A DNA stretch of 64,000 bases from an uncultured Nitrospinota bacterium (GTDB lineage Bacteria; Tectomicrobia; Entotheonellia; J063; CAVPRW01), in contig CAVPRW010000029.1 in the NCBI GenBank assembly GCA_963707985.1, positions 1 through 64,000 on the forward strand, read 5' to 3'. A model generated the notes under the pieces. It searched no databases and had not been told where the DNA came from. It saw only the letters and a program-made list of their open reading frames with translations. Below are positions 31,543-43,531 of this stretch, piece after piece. The stretch's first letter is position 1, and each line of letters begins with the position of its first letter. A program made the position numbers and the translations under genes.

Positions 31543-32592
31543 TTAGCCGCCCCCAGCTGCCGGAGGCGGCCCGGCAAAGCCGAAATTGGCACGCCAAACC
31601 ATCTCCACCCGCGCCATCAGCTCGGCCGCAAGAGGTTCTGCGCCGGAGACCTGGACGATTTCTTCCAGGTGGCTCATGGCCGAAAAGCCACCCAATACCG
31701 CTGTGACGCCTTTGTGCATGAGGATAAAGCGGATCGCCGCCTGGGTCAGGGTATGCGTCCCCTCACGTCTGAGGAAGCTCAGAGCTCGGGCCATTTCCAG
31801 GCTGCGCCGATATGCCTCGGAGGACGAGTCACGGGACCCGGCGAGAGGATGGCGATCACCTCCCGATACGACGTGATCGGTGAGAAACCCACCCGCCAGG
31901 GGGCTGTAGATGGCGGTCCCGACACCGTGCGTATAGGCGTAGTCGATCACCCCGCCGAAGTCACGGTCCACTTCCAGCCCGATGGGCTTGGCCATACCCG
32001 CCGTGGGATTCAGCAGCGTATAGGGCACATTGATCATCTGAAACACGTGCGTGTCAAGCAGCTGTCGGACCTGATACGCGTCGTTCCCGCGGCAGATGAA
32101 ACCCAGATAGCGGGTTTTGCCGTCGCGCAACACGCGCTGCAGACCTTCCAGCGCGCCGCCGGGCCGTAGGTAATCTTCGATCCAGAGCTGGGTGTAGACG
32201 CGACCTTCCAGCTTCGGAGGCGATGGGGCTGGGCCATTGTGGATCTGCAGGATGTCTAGGCAGTCCACCCCCAGCCGTTTCAGACTTTCCTCAGTGGAGC
32301 GGACCACATGGCCGGCGATATCCCCCAGGTCTGCGTGTCGCACCTCTACTTTGGAAGTGATGACCGGTCGGATCTTGAGTGCCTTCAAGACCCGCCCCAG
32401 GTTCTCCTCCGCCAGTCCATTGCCATAGTCAGGAGCATTGTCGAAGTAGTTGATCCCCAGCTCCACGGCTCGAGCCACTACCTGCCGTTGCTCGTCCGGG
32501 GTGCCTCGGACCATAAGCCCGGCATTGCCACCGCATCCAAAGCCGATTTCTGAAATCCGCAACTCGGTGTTGCCAACCTGCCGATACTCCAC
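31543..32592 (-). CDS. Aldo/keto reductase
   Basis: GINYFDNAPDYGNGLAEENLG, SLKRLGVDCLD, YSPLAGG. GTG start with GGAGG RBS. Confidence 0.92.
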   Translation of the reverse strand: MEYRQVGNTELRISEIGFGCGGNAGLMVRGTPDEQRQVVARAVELGINYFDNAPDYGNGLAEENLGRVLKALKIRPVITSKVEVRHADLGDIAGHVVRSTEESLKRLGVDCLDILQIHNGPAPSPPKLEGRVYTQLWIEDYLRPGGALEGLQRVLRDGKTRYLGFICRGNDAYQVRQLLDTHVFQMINVPYTLLNPTAGMAKPIGLEVDRDFGGVIDYAYTHGVGTAIYSPLAGGFLTDHVVSGGDRHPLAGSRDSSSEAYRRSLEMARALSFLRREGTHTLTQAAIRFILMHKGVTAVLGGFSAMSHLEEIVQVSGAEPLAAELMARVEMVWRANFGFAGPPPAAGGG

Positions 32593-32626
32593 GGTCGCCT
32601 CCTGAGTATCGATCGCTGCGGCGTTA

Positions 32627-32660
32627 CCCCTCACCCTCACCCTCTCCCAAAGGGAGAGGG
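32627..32660. repeat. REP-like palindrome
   Basis: CCCCTCACCCTCA followed by CCCTCTCCC-AAA-GGGAGAGGG, a perfect 9-bp stem in an intergenic position. Confidence 0.65.
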
Positions 32661-32733
32661 AATACAAAACCTACCCAGGAAGGGCAGGCGGGAGAGAGCA
32701 TCTTAGCCTACCTGGGAGCACAATACCCCTACT

Positions 32734-34128
32734 CTACGGTCGGGCTGGTGCTTGCTGCTGCAGCAGTCGGTCCGCCTCCTCGTACAGGGTGAGAATGAGC
32801 TCGCGGTCCGGGCAATAGCGGTCCACATCGTCCTCGATATACTGCCAGCCGCCTTGCGAGACTTTGTGGAAATTGAATCGGTAGCTGCTGGGGCCCTGCC
32901 GTCGGGCTGAGCTAGTCCGGGTCGCGGCCTCAATCGTCGCCGCTGGCCAGCCCTCCAGGGTAGGCGTCCAGGGCACGTTCTCCGCCACGTCCCTCATGAT
33001 GTTCAAGGGATCGCCGCCCTGCTGGACGATGTCGATCTGTTGCTTGAGCATCTGCCGGTAGGCGATGATTACCTTATCCCCCTCATACAGGTGCTCCTGC
33101 GTCCGATCGGTGATCTCGCCCTGCTCGTACCATGCCACCATGTCCTGACCCAGCACGTAGTCCAGGATGTACTTGCCGTGTTCATCGCGCAGGGGGACCT
33201 CTACGTAAGGGATGTGCTCCTGCCGAGGGACCTGGATTTCCGGTGGGAAGGTGTAGGAGCGGTACGAGATATGCCAGGTAGTGGTATCGTCGATGGGCAC
33301 ACCAAGCTGGTAATCGTGGCGGATGCTGCCGCTATTGCCGCCGTTGGGATAGACAAGGTAGGGGAAGAAGACAGGGCCACCTAACTGCCACACATCTTCC
33401 GGCGCGTCGGAGTCGCGCATACCTTTGGTAAAGCCGTATTTGTTATAGACAATCTGCACGATGGGGTAGGCACCCCGCCCGAGACGCTCCTCCTGCTGGC
33501 GCATGGTGGCGTTGTAGCGACCGTTGGGGTCAGCGGTCAGCCGTCCCTGCCGCTCGAGGGCATACTGGAACAGCCGGCCATGGAGATAGACGGCATGATG
33601 CTGGTCGCCGCGGTTCTCCATCACCTGCAGCCAGTTGCACGGCAGCATATGGCCGACGATCTGCCGCAGGCCGTGTTCTTGCTCGCAGAGGTCCAGCCGG
33701 GGTAATTGGGGGACAGGCTCAGGTCCGAGATAGGCCCAGATGAGACCCCCCATCTCCTGTACCTGGTACGCAGTGGTCCGAACTCGGTCTTTGAAGGTGC
33801 TGGTGGGCGCTGCCAGCGGTTGTTCCAGGCACCGTCCCGTGCCGTCGAAAAGCCAGCCATGGTAGGGGCAGCGCAAGCCCACTTCTTCCGGGATGCCAAA
33901 TTCCATGTGCATGGCTCGATGCGGGCACCGGGGTCCGATCAGCCCCAGATGCCCACCCCGGTCACGGAAGAGCACCAGGTCTTCTCCCAGGATGCGCACC
34001 TTACGCACCGGATTGTCCTCAAGCTGCACTGTGGGCGCGATAGGATGCCAGTAGCGCCGCATCAGCTCCCCGCAAGGAGTGCCCGGCCCCACACGCGTTA
34101 ACATTTCGTTCTCTGCTGTGGTCAGCAT
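32734..34128 (-). CDS. Rieske non-heme iron oxygenase alpha subunit (phthalate 4,5-dioxygenase-like)
   Basis: LTRVGPGTPCGELMRRYW; CPH...CPYHGW Rieske motif; EN..D.HH...LH mononuclear Fe motif. Confidence 0.9.
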   Translation of the reverse strand: MLTTAENEMLTRVGPGTPCGELMRRYWHPIAPTVQLEDNPVRKVRILGEDLVLFRDRGGHLGLIGPRCPHRAMHMEFGIPEEVGLRCPYHGWLFDGTGRCLEQPLAAPTSTFKDRVRTTAYQVQEMGGLIWAYLGPEPVPQLPRLDLCEQEHGLRQIVGHMLPCNWLQVMENRGDQHHAVYLHGRLFQYALERQGRLTADPNGRYNATMRQQEERLGRGAYPIVQIVYNKYGFTKGMRDSDAPEDVWQLGGPVFFPYLVYPNGGNSGSIRHDYQLGVPIDDTTTWHISYRSYTFPPEIQVPRQEHIPYVEVPLRDEHGKYILDYVLGQDMVAWYEQGEITDRTQEHLYEGDKVIIAYRQMLKQQIDIVQQGGDPLNIMRDVAENVPWTPTLEGWPAATIEAATRTSSARRQGPSSYRFNFHKVSQGGWQYIEDDVDRYCPDRELILTLYEEADRLLQQQAPARP

Positions 34129-34225
34129 CTCTCCCCCTTTCTGGGTCTGAGGACTGGAATGCTCTCCGGTCATGTGCGAGGTTCTCGGCTTCATGCCGTG
34201 CCGGTCATGCCTCGAAGCGCCGACC

Positions 34226-35059
34226 TCAATCGTCCCTGAGCAACGCCTTCAGCACCGCCTCGATGGCTGGCGGCTCGGTGTGGTCCTTGAATTCCTCCAG
34301 CCGCTCGAACACGTCGGCTGCAGCCTCGTGGAAGCCACCGGGCAGCCCGGCGCCCTTGAAAGTCGCGGCGATCTCTTGCATCTCACCCACGAACCGCCAG
34401 GCCTTGGCGGTGTTGGTACAGACGCGGCGTACGGTCTGCTCGGTAAAGGTATCGCCCCATTGGCGGGCGAGCTCGGCACGCACACCTTCCTTCTCCACCA
34501 TGCCCAGGATCGCCGTCAGCAGCGCGGTTGTGCCCTTGGTGTAGGCCGCGTAGCCCATCTTCAAGGCCGAGGCCGCGCCAATGCGCTCGGAGATGACCGG
34601 TGTTTGGAGGGGACTGCCTTCAAAGCAGGCCGCCACTTCCTGGGCCCGCGGTCCTGAGAGATACATATGCGTCTTGGCTTCGCGCGTCCAGGCGGGTCCG
34701 CCGATGATGCCACCATCGACGTAGTGCGCGCCAGCGTCTTCGATGATGCGTTGGATCGCCCGTGTCCGATCGGGTGAAATAGCATTGCCTTCCACATACA
34801 CGCCTGTAAAGCCAAGTTGTGTGACCTCTCTAGCCACCTCCTCAGCGAGGTGTGGAGGGCAGACCGACAGCACGATCTCACTGGCCTTGACCAGCTCAGC
34901 CACTGTACCGGCATCTTCCAGGTTGGCACGGCTTGCACGAGCCTGCGTACTGCCGCTGCGTCCGGCCGAGGCCCAGAACACCGTGTGCTGATTGCTGCGG
35001 GCGGCGGCGCCTACAGTGGCGCCCATGGCACCCGGATGAAGAAGTCCAATCCGTCTCAT
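34226..35059 (-). CDS. NAD(P)-dependent oxidoreductase (6PGD-like, DUF1932)
   Basis: IGLLHPGAMG, VDGGIIGGP, ASALKMGYAAYTKG, KAWRFVGEMQEI. Confidence 0.88.
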   Translation of the reverse strand: MRRIGLLHPGAMGATVGAAARSNQHTVFWASAGRSGSTQARASRANLEDAGTVAELVKASEIVLSVCPPHLAEEVAREVTQLGFTGVYVEGNAISPDRTRAIQRIIEDAGAHYVDGGIIGGPAWTREAKTHMYLSGPRAQEVAACFEGSPLQTPVISERIGAASALKMGYAAYTKGTTALLTAILGMVEKEGVRAELARQWGDTFTEQTVRRVCTNTAKAWRFVGEMQEIAATFKGAGLPGGFHEAAADVFERLEEFKDHTEPPAIEAVLKALLRDD

Positions 35060-35235
35060 GCGTTGTTCTCCTGAGTAATATTGTTAATGTAAACGCTTCG
35101 AATGGTTACAAGGGACCAGGAGCTCTGCCCCCTCGCGGGCACAAGCGCCAGGACGAGCGGCCCTCTTGCCCTGAGAGCGGGCTGGGATGGGGAACACCGT
35201 CGCGCTCCGTCATCTGGCGCCATGCCACGGCGGCC

Positions 35236-35748
35236 CTATTTCTTCAAGGCCTCAGCGTACTCGGCACGCGGAAACTGTTCCCCGTCGGGGACCTTCATCA
35301 TGTCAGTATAGAGCTCTAACCGATTGCCATCGGGGTCAAGGATGTAGAAGGACCGGCTCCCGCTCCCCCCAAAAGCGTTCCCCGGACCGCTGCCGCCCTC
35401 AGGCCCATGGATGAGAGGCCCTTGGACAATCTTGACGCCCTTGCGACGCAGGTCTGCCAGGGCCTTCAGCCATTCGTCTCGATCGGCAACCTCCAGCGCG
35501 ATGTGCTGGAGGGCATTGTAGCCGGCATGACGGTTTGCCTCGGTGACCTCGGTCGGATGCGTGAACAGGACGATGTTATGGTGGTCGTCGTTGAAGCGCA
35601 TGAAGGCCATCGCCCCGGACTCCCCCATGGGCCAGCGCCCCGTCAGCGTGAGCCCCAGGATGTCGCGATACCACTCGATCGACCGGTCGACATCGGTGAC
35701 CTGGATGCCGACGTGCCCTACGCGGTGGATGGTAAATCCCTTTGCCAT
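35236..35748 (-). CDS. VOC/glyoxalase family protein
   Basis: GHVGIQVTDVDRSIEWY, QHIALEV, YILDPDGNRLELY. Confidence 0.9.
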   Translation of the reverse strand: MAKGFTIHRVGHVGIQVTDVDRSIEWYRDILGLTLTGRWPMGESGAMAFMRFNDDHHNIVLFTHPTEVTEANRHAGYNALQHIALEVADRDEWLKALADLRRKGVKIVQGPLIHGPEGGSGPGNAFGGSGSRSFYILDPDGNRLELYTDMMKVPDGEQFPRAEYAEALKK

Positions 35749-36096
35749 GTTGTCTCCCTCCTGGCAGCCGGTTCAGCCCTGGAACGACACGCGCAGGGCC
35801 ACCGCCCTGACACAGTCGCCGCTAACGCTTGGTATTGACTACTACGAAGGCTTATCATACCACAGACGTTACGTATCATGCGCCGTAATTTCATCCCTCC
35901 CGAACCTCCCCCTCTTGAGCCCCCTGAGGTTGTTTTCATAGTCCCTTGCCCTCTGGGAGACGGGGAAGGCGATTACGAATAGCTTGACCCGGTTCAGCTC
36001 CTCCAGGTACACTACGGCCACGTGCTTAACCTGGTGGCGGCTGGTCTAGGGTAGAGCAGGAGGGGTCAGACACCCCTCTGGAAAGAGAGGATCATC

Positions 36097-36645
36097 ATGT
36101 CACACAAGGGGTTTTCGCACATCGGGCTGTCGACGCGGGACCTTGACAGCACGCGTGACTTTTACGAGCATGTCATGGGCTTCAAAGTCGTGCGCTGCGA
36201 CATCATCAAGGTTGCCGAAGGCGGCCAGATTCGACATATCTTCTTTGACACCGGCCGCGATCAGCTCATCGCCTTCATGGAGCCTCAGGAGGTTCCAGGG
36301 ATTCCGGCGGACTATGATGCCGGCATTAACGCCGGGCTTGGGGTTCCAGGCTCATTCTACCATTTTGCTTTTGAGGCCGGCTCGGTAGACGCTCTAGAGG
36401 CGAAGCGCCAGGAGTTGCTGGCCAAGGGGGTGCCGGTCACGGACATCGTGGATCATGAGTGGGCTCAATCCATTTACTTTGTCGATCCCAATGGCATCTC
36501 GCTGGAATATTGTTGTCTGACCCGTGATGTCGGAACCGAGGACGATATCACGATGCAGGTACGTGTCGAGCGTTCGGTGCAGGCGATGCGCCAGCGGTGG
36601 GAGCGCCTGCATGAGGCTAGCACGGCAACGTCGCACCAGCTCTGA
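36097..36645 (+). CDS. VOC/glyoxalase family protein
   Basis: SHIGLSTRDLD, YHFAFE, SIYFVDPNGISLEY. Confidence 0.9.
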   Translation: MSHKGFSHIGLSTRDLDSTRDFYEHVMGFKVVRCDIIKVAEGGQIRHIFFDTGRDQLIAFMEPQEVPGIPADYDAGINAGLGVPGSFYHFAFEAGSVDALEAKRQELLAKGVPVTDIVDHEWAQSIYFVDPNGISLEYCCLTRDVGTEDDITMQVRVERSVQAMRQRWERLHEASTATSHQL

Positions 36646-36765
36646 TCTCAGGTCCCGGGGTCGAAGGCTAGCGCGGTACCTGGGCACGCCAGGCGGTTGA
36701 TCTTGGAGAGTTGAACATGAATATCTGCAATATCTGCCAGGAAGATGTGAGATAGGAGGTCACCG

Positions 36766-37635
36766 ATGGCGACCCTGTCGCAGCCACAGAGCACGTTTCT
36801 GAGCGTGAATGGCCTGCGTGTGCATTACCTGGACTGGGGTCACCCCAGCGCACCGCCTGTGGTGTGCGTCCACGGCTACACCTCCAGTGGCCAGGCGTTT
36901 AACGCTCTGGCCCGACACTTCCAGAGCCGTTTCCGCATCATCGCGCCTGACGTGCGAGGCCATGGAGAAACCGCTTGGTCGCCTACGGAGGCCTATCAAT
37001 ACTACGATCAGATCAGCGATCTGGCAGGGTTTATTGACCAATTGGGGCTCGAGCAGTTCATCCTGATAGGGACCTCCATGGGTGGCATCATCGCCATGGC
37101 CTACGCCGGGGCACACCCTGAGCGTTTGGTGCGCCTGGTAATCAATGACATCGGGCCAGACGCTGAGGTAGGCAGCCAGCGGATTACCCAAACAGTGGGC
37201 GACAGGCCGGAAGAGTTTGCCAACCTGGAAGACGCCATGGCCTATCGCCGCCTGATGTCACCCATCACGGCCAGTCGCAGTGTGGAGGATCAGCGTGAGC
37301 TCGCACTTGGCGTGCTCCGCCAACAACCGGACGGCCGTTGGGTTTGGAAGATGGACCCCGCCTACATCCGGCAGCGGGTGCAGCAAGGTCCGCCGCCGCG
37401 GCCCGCTTTATGGCCCGCCCTGCAACGCATCACCTGCCCAACGTTGGTGGTGTGGGGGAGGGAGAGCGATGTGCTGTCCGAGGCGCAAGCCCGGCGTATG
37501 GTGGATGTCTTGCCTCAGGCCGAGTTGGTGGCTGTACCCGGCGTGGGGCACGCGCCAACGCTGATGGAGCCGGTGGCCCTGGCTGCACTGGAGCGCTTTC
37601 TAGGAGCGCCGGAAGTTGTAGCTTCCAGGGAGTGA
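36766..37635 (+). CDS. Alpha/beta fold hydrolase
   Basis: VHG, DVRGHG, GTSMGG nucleophile elbow, GHAP. Confidence 0.92.
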   Translation: MATLSQPQSTFLSVNGLRVHYLDWGHPSAPPVVCVHGYTSSGQAFNALARHFQSRFRIIAPDVRGHGETAWSPTEAYQYYDQISDLAGFIDQLGLEQFILIGTSMGGIIAMAYAGAHPERLVRLVINDIGPDAEVGSQRITQTVGDRPEEFANLEDAMAYRRLMSPITASRSVEDQRELALGVLRQQPDGRWVWKMDPAYIRQRVQQGPPPRPALWPALQRITCPTLVVWGRESDVLSEAQARRMVDVLPQAELVAVPGVGHAPTLMEPVALAALERFLGAPEVVASRE

Positions 37636-38049
37636 TCACCTGTCTACAGTATATCCAAGACCTGCAGGTGGATCGCGTGATTCCTGTTCTCACTTGCTAA
37701 CCACATCCCAGTGACGCTGCGTGTCTTATACAAAGCATTGCGTTGCGATGGAGTAGATGTCGGTTTTCCGGTGGATCAAACGAGCACCATACCGCCGGCC
37801 GAACACAGCGGGTGCTGGCCGGATTGACGTCGACGACCCCCGCGCTAACCATGGCGCCCAACCATTGACGCACATACGGCTCATGCCAGTCCGCTGCAGC
37901 AACGATTCGCACGCCCGTGGACGGGGGATAAGGTGGCCCTCGTGACGCATAGCTCCATTCGATCCCCGGGTAATCGGTGGCACACCGACAGCAGAATTTC
38001 TTGATACAGTGACGGCCCACCTGGAAGACCCCTGGTGGATGATCGCATA

Positions 38050-38453
38050 GGCCACACGCACAGGGATTCACCGCCCTCAGCAGCATCAGGCGCGCCGGAA
38101 AGGTTACCGACGACGATACCCGTGCAATCGTCACCTCCCCACCATCGATCGGTTGGCGCAGGACCTCGAGGACGTGGCGGCGGAACTCGGGGAGCTCATC
38201 CAGGAAGATGACCCCGTTGTGGGCCGGCGACACTTCGCCCGGCATGGGGATATGTCCGCCGCCAATCAGCCCCACATCCGAAATGGTGTGATGGGGGGCC
38301 CGAAATGGACGGGTCGTGACCAACGCCGTGCGGTCACCGGTCAGGCCTGCCACGGCTTCAGCCAAGGTCATGGCAGGCAGAATGGTGGTCAGTCGCCGTG
38401 CCAACATCGACTTGCCCGCTCCTGGCGGGCCCAGAAGAAGCAGATTATGGTCA
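38050..38453 (-). pseudogene. comM: Internal fragment of YifB/ComM Mg-chelatase-like AAA ATPase (copy A)
   Basis: [55 protein letters not shown]. Confidence 0.85.
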
Positions 38454-38648
38454 CAACGCCTTGCATCACGTTCAGCTGCACTCTGGCCACTAGGCAGTCT
38501 GAGAGCTACCGCCATTGATCTACAATCGGATCGCAGGTACCGTTGCCGGCTGGGGGCGTGACAGCTCGTCCAACAAGGCCTTGGCCTCCTGCAAGTCGAT
38601 GGTGTCAAACCCCGGATGGGGAAAGATCGCGAGGGGTCGCGGTAGCCA

Positions 38649-39260
38649 TCAGTCGCCTCCTGTGGTGTGGACAAAGATATCGCCCCGTTTCACCGGCCCT
38701 TCAAATGTAATTGTACAGGTCTTAGTCTTATCATCACATACCCCAAGCTTAAGGGATTTAAACAGTTGCCCCTGTATGTCGTCAGCGTCAGCACTGTATG
38801 TGACTTCCAGGGAGAAGGAATCAGCGCCCGGCTCTGGGACTCTCGCATCGACACCCTTAGCTGTAAAGGAAACAAGCTCTGCAAACTGTCGGCGCGCTTC
38901 CCCCACTCCAAGGAAAGTGGTAGATACCATTTGTCCTTGGATCGTGACCGTGCGTCCAGCAGACGTCGTGGTTATGTCCAGCGGGGCGATCGCCGTACTG
39001 ATCATGAACGTCTGGAACACCGTGGAACCAGCTCGTCCAGTCATTTCAGACTGGACGAAATTGACGAAGTTGAGGTCTGAATCTGGGCTAGGCGTGGCCG
39101 CAGGCTTGGCCACAACGAAGTGAAACTCAGCTAAGGCCAGAGGATCGACAGCAAACGTTCCCTTTCCTGTCGCCGCATGATCAGCATATACAGAGGCCGC
39201 TGTCGTGAGAAGAACACCGGCAAGCACAACCATCCACCCTACAGTCGTCCGTTTCGTCAT
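38649..39260 (-). CDS. Exported hypothetical protein
   Basis: AGGAGG RBS, signal peptide, beta-rich 203-aa ORF with a C-x5-C pair. Confidence 0.75.
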   Translation of the reverse strand: MTKRTTVGWMVVLAGVLLTTAASVYADHAATGKGTFAVDPLALAEFHFVVAKPAATPSPDSDLNFVNFVQSEMTGRAGSTVFQTFMISTAIAPLDITTTSAGRTVTIQGQMVSTTFLGVGEARRQFAELVSFTAKGVDARVPEPGADSFSLEVTYSADADDIQGQLFKSLKLGVCDDKTKTCTITFEGPVKRGDIFVHTTGGD

Positions 39261-39490
39261 GTGCTTTCTCTCCTCCTTTTATCAGCTGCTTCCAACGGTT
39301 CCAGCATTACCGGATGCTTGGCAGCGGAGACGGACATTCGGATCAAATACTCCTCTTAAACGACAAAGAACCTGCGCAGTGAAACAAAGACATCGGACAC
39401 CCGATGGCTGGCACAATCGGTCACCATGTGCTGACGATCAGGCCAGTGTGAGGTCCTCGTGGGATCAGCCGTGCGCTCTGCTGCATGGCT

Positions 39491-42400
39491 CTACACCGTG
39501 TGCGCCAGCATGGCCTCCGCCTGGGGCAACCAGAGCGTCATCTCCATCGCCTGAAATAACTCAATGGCGGTGGATAGTGCGGTGCACGCCTGTGCCAGGC
39601 GGCCCGCGTTGGTATACAGGGTGCCGAGACCCAGGTAGCAGTGGGCCAGGAGCGGGCGCATCCCCAGCTCTTCGGCCAGGGCGAGCGCCTGTCGGTAGGC
39701 GGCTTCAGCCGCCTCGACTGCCAGGGGATCCTGATGTGCGAGGATCTCTCCGAGGAGCCGCAGGGCATAGGCCTCGTTTCCCCGCTGCGTTGAGGTCACG
39801 GGCGAATGCAAGGGCACTCCGGGCCAGGCCCGTGGCCTCGTCCATGCGGCCGGTCAGCAGATACGCCTCGCTCAGATAGGCGACCCAGCGCGCATGGCCA
39901 GCCGAGATGCCCCTGGAGGTATCCTGTGCCGCCGCCTGCTGCAACAGCGGTATGGCCTCGGCCACGCGTCCTGCAAGGGTATATGCATACCCTAAGGGTG
40001 CAGCGACGGTGGGGAACCAGGTCAGGACGTTGGCGATCTGGCACAGTTCCAGGCTGCGCTCGAGCGCCGGGATGGCCTGGCGCAGGTCTCCCTTACAGAG
40101 GTACAGACCGCCGAGTCTAGAATATGCTTGGGTCAGGCTGAAGGGGTGATCGGCCGCCTCGGCCAGCCGCACCGCTTCTCCCCCCTGCGCGGCTCCCTCG
40201 TCGAACGCTCCTAGCTCGCTCAGGCACCATACCAACCAGGTCCGGGACATTACAGCGGGCAGGCCGGTCATGCCGAAGCGCTCGTGGGTCAGATCTCCTG
40301 TGAGGGAGACCACGTTCCTGCGAAAGCAATCCACCGCTCGACGATAGTCGCCCAGGGCATGGTACGCTGTGCCCAAGAAGATGTTCGCCAGGACCTGGAG
40401 GGGGAAATCCCCGAGAGCCGTGGCGACGGCCAGGGCACGTTCGCCCGATTCGACAGCGCGGGTAGAGTCGCCCGTCATCCGATAGTACTCGGCCAGGTAG
40501 GCGAAGGCCCGCCCGAGTCGCCGTTCATCGTGGATGGCCTCGGCGAGGGTCTGGGCCACGCGCAGGTGTTCGAACACCTGCCGATGCTCTCCAAGCGGCA
40601 GGAGCGCATTGCGGAGGCTGAAGCGCAGATCGATGGCCTGCTCGCCCGTGTCTTGATACTCAGGGAGATGCCGCAGCGCCACCAGCGCCTGCTCGAAGCA
40701 CCCTACCGCTTCTCGGTGGGCCGAGCGTGCGGCGGCCTTGGCACCGGCCTGTCGACAATACGCGAGGGCTTTTTCCCACACCTCGCCCCGGAGGGCATGA
40801 TACGCAAGGTGTTCCACCTGCTCATCCAGGCGGTCAGGATACAGCCGTTCGATCGCCGCGACGATCCGCGCGTGGAGGGTACGCCGACGCTCCTGGAGCA
40901 GGCTTCCATAGGCGACCTCCTGCGTGAGGGCGTGCTTGAAGGTGTATTCGAGATCAGGAAATAGGTTCGCCTCGTACAGAAACTCGGCGGCCTGTAGGTG
41001 GATGAGCGCGCCGCGTAGGACATTTTCAGGGAGTTCTGCGATGGCCTGCAGGAGTGGGAACGGCACGTCCTTGCCAATGACCGCAGCGGTTTGCAGGAGA
41101 ATCTTGTCCTCACCAGGGAGCCGGTCGATGCGGGCTGCCAACACCGCCTGGACTGTAGCCGGTACTTGAATGGTCCAAGGAGCGCGTGCTAGCCGATAAG
41201 CGCCCGGCTCGCCGACCAAGACCTGGCTCTCCACCAGGGTCCGGACACTCTCCTCCAGGAAGAACGGATTGCCTTCGGTCCGCTCGATCAGCACACGCGT
41301 GAGCGGCTTGAGGTCGGCATCGTCCCTTAGGAGGGCCTGGAGCAGGGTCTGGGCGCTGGTCGGGGCCAAGGGGTCGAGTCGGAGCTGGGTATAGTAGCTC
41401 TTGTTCCCCCAGGTGTGCTGGTACTCGGGGCGGTAGTTCATCAGGAGGAAGATGCGGCTGGTCGGCAGGCTGTCCACCAGGCTGTCGAGAAACCCCTGGG
41501 TCTCGGTGTCTATCCAGTGGAGGTTTTCGCACACCATCACCACGGGTTGGACCTGACTCTCCCGCAGCAGCAGGCGCTTGAGGGCCTCCAGGGTGCACTG
41601 GCGGCGTTGGGGCGGGTCGAGGGCCTGCCACTCGCGGTCCTCGACCACGACGTCCAGAAGTGTGAGCAAGGCCGGCAGGGTCGGCCTGAGGGCTTCATCC
41701 AGGGCGAGGAGCTTGCTGGTGAGCTTCTCGTGAACCCGTGCCTCATCGTCCCGCGCATCTATCTGAAAGTAGCTTTTGAGGAGGTCTCGGATCGGGAGGT
41801 AGGGGGTGGTCTTGCCGTGGGAGACCCCGTGGCTTTCGAGCAGGAGCCAACCATGGGTACGATGGGAACAGATGAACTCGTAAAAGAGCCGGGTCTTGCC
41901 CACCCCGGGCTCCCCGATGACCGCCACGAGCTGGCCATGGCCAGCACCGGTCTGCTCGAATGCCTGACAGATCGCCTCCAGCTCCGCTTGGCGCCCCACG
42001 AAGCGGGTAAGCTCACGGGCCGCAAACGCCTGCAGACGCGTCCGCGTGGAACTCGCCCCCAGGAGCTCGAATACCTCGATAGGGGCTGTTAAGCCCTTGA
42101 CTGGCATTGGACCCAGCGGCTTGACCTGGACCACCTCTTTGGCCAGTCGGAGCGTCTCAGCGGTGATGAGCACCGATCCTGGCGTCGCCATCTGCTCCAT
42201 CCGCGCCGCCAGGTGCACCGTCTGCCCGATCGCCGAGTAGTCCATGTGCAGGTCATTGTCGATGGCCCGCACGACCACCTCGCCGGAGTTGAGCCCCACC
42301 CGGAAGTCCACGGACAGGCCATGCGCGGGGCGCACTTCCTCACTGTAAAGGTGCAGCGCGGCCTGCATCGCCAGGGCCGCATAACAGGCCCGCACGGCGT

Positions 42401-42875
42401 GGTCCTCGTGGGCGAGCGGCGCGCCAAACAGGGCCATGATGCCGTCGCCCATGACCTGGTTGACGGTGCCCTCATAGCGGTGCACCGCGGCCATCATGCG
42501 CTCGAGGACGGGGTCAAGAATCGCCCGGGCTTCTTCGGGGTCACGGTCGGCCAGCAACTCCATCGATCCCTTCAAATCGGCGAAGAGCACGGTGACCTGC
42601 TTGCGCTCGCCTTCCAGGGCACTCCGGGAGGCCACAATCTTCTCGGCCAGATATATCGGCGTATAGCTCGCAGGCTCTGGGGATGCTGCAAGGACGGGAG
42701 CTGGGGAGAGGGCCTGGGCTGGAAGGGACAGCGGCGCGCCACAATCCCCGCAGAACTTGAATCGCGGCGGGTTTTCAAACCCACACTGCGGACAGCGCGC
42801 CGTGAAGGGGGCCCCGCACTCGCCGCAGAACTTCATGCCCTCGGGATTCTCAAAGTCACAGCTTGGGCAGCGCAT
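39491..42875 (-). CDS. Double zinc ribbon - class III adenylate/guanylate cyclase - AAA ATPase - TPR protein; one frameshift near 39789
   Basis: CxxC pairs, GERKQVTVLFADLKGS, GDGIMALFGAP, GEPGVGKTRL, GNPFFLEE, TPR-like C-terminus. Confidence 0.9.
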
Positions 42876-43224
42876 GGGTGTCCCCTCCGACACGGCCGTG
42901 CGAGCGGCTAGCTCACTCGTGGATAGGCGGTTCGGCGCGCGCCATTGAAATCGGCATCTTTCGATGAGGTGTCAGTACCCCATGTGGAGGCAGGAGTCAA
43001 GCGAAAATCATGAGGCAGCGACGGGCGTCACCATGGAGGCGAACGGGTGAGACCGCAGGCGTTGGGCTGCGCAGCCGTTCAAGGCGGCGACGATCCTCCG
43101 TCTGAACCTCTTGAGGTCATGAGCTGTGCATCTAAGATAATACAAACATTGAGATTCAGGATGCACGCGAGATTAATTATTGGTCTAGGACACTATCCGC
43201 GAGTGGTTGGTGCAAGACTGCCAG

Positions 43225-43531
43225 GACATAACGGCGGAACTCGGGGAGCTCATCCAGGAACAGGACACCGTGATGGGCCAGCGACACCTCACCAGGCATC
43301 GGCACCTGGCCGCCGCCGATCAGCTCCACATCCGAAATGGTGTGATGGGGGGCCCAGAAAGGGGCGGGTCGTGACCAACGCCGTGCGGTCGCCGGTGAGG
43401 CCGGCGATACTATGAATTCTCGTCGTCTCGATGGCTTCGGCCAAGGTCATGGCGGGCAAAATGGTGGTGAGGCGCCGTGCCAGCCTCGACGTGCCCGTCC
43501 CGGGGGGGCCCAGCAGGAGGAGGTTGTGGGC
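43225..43531 (-). pseudogene. comM: Internal fragment of YifB/ComM (copy B)
   Basis: [40 protein letters not shown]...[10 protein letters not shown], with indels. Confidence 0.8.

Noticed and set aside
37800..37900. Fragment resembling a methyltransferase winged-helix ([10 protein letters not shown])
   Set aside because: Too short (about 30 codons) to support a feature call.
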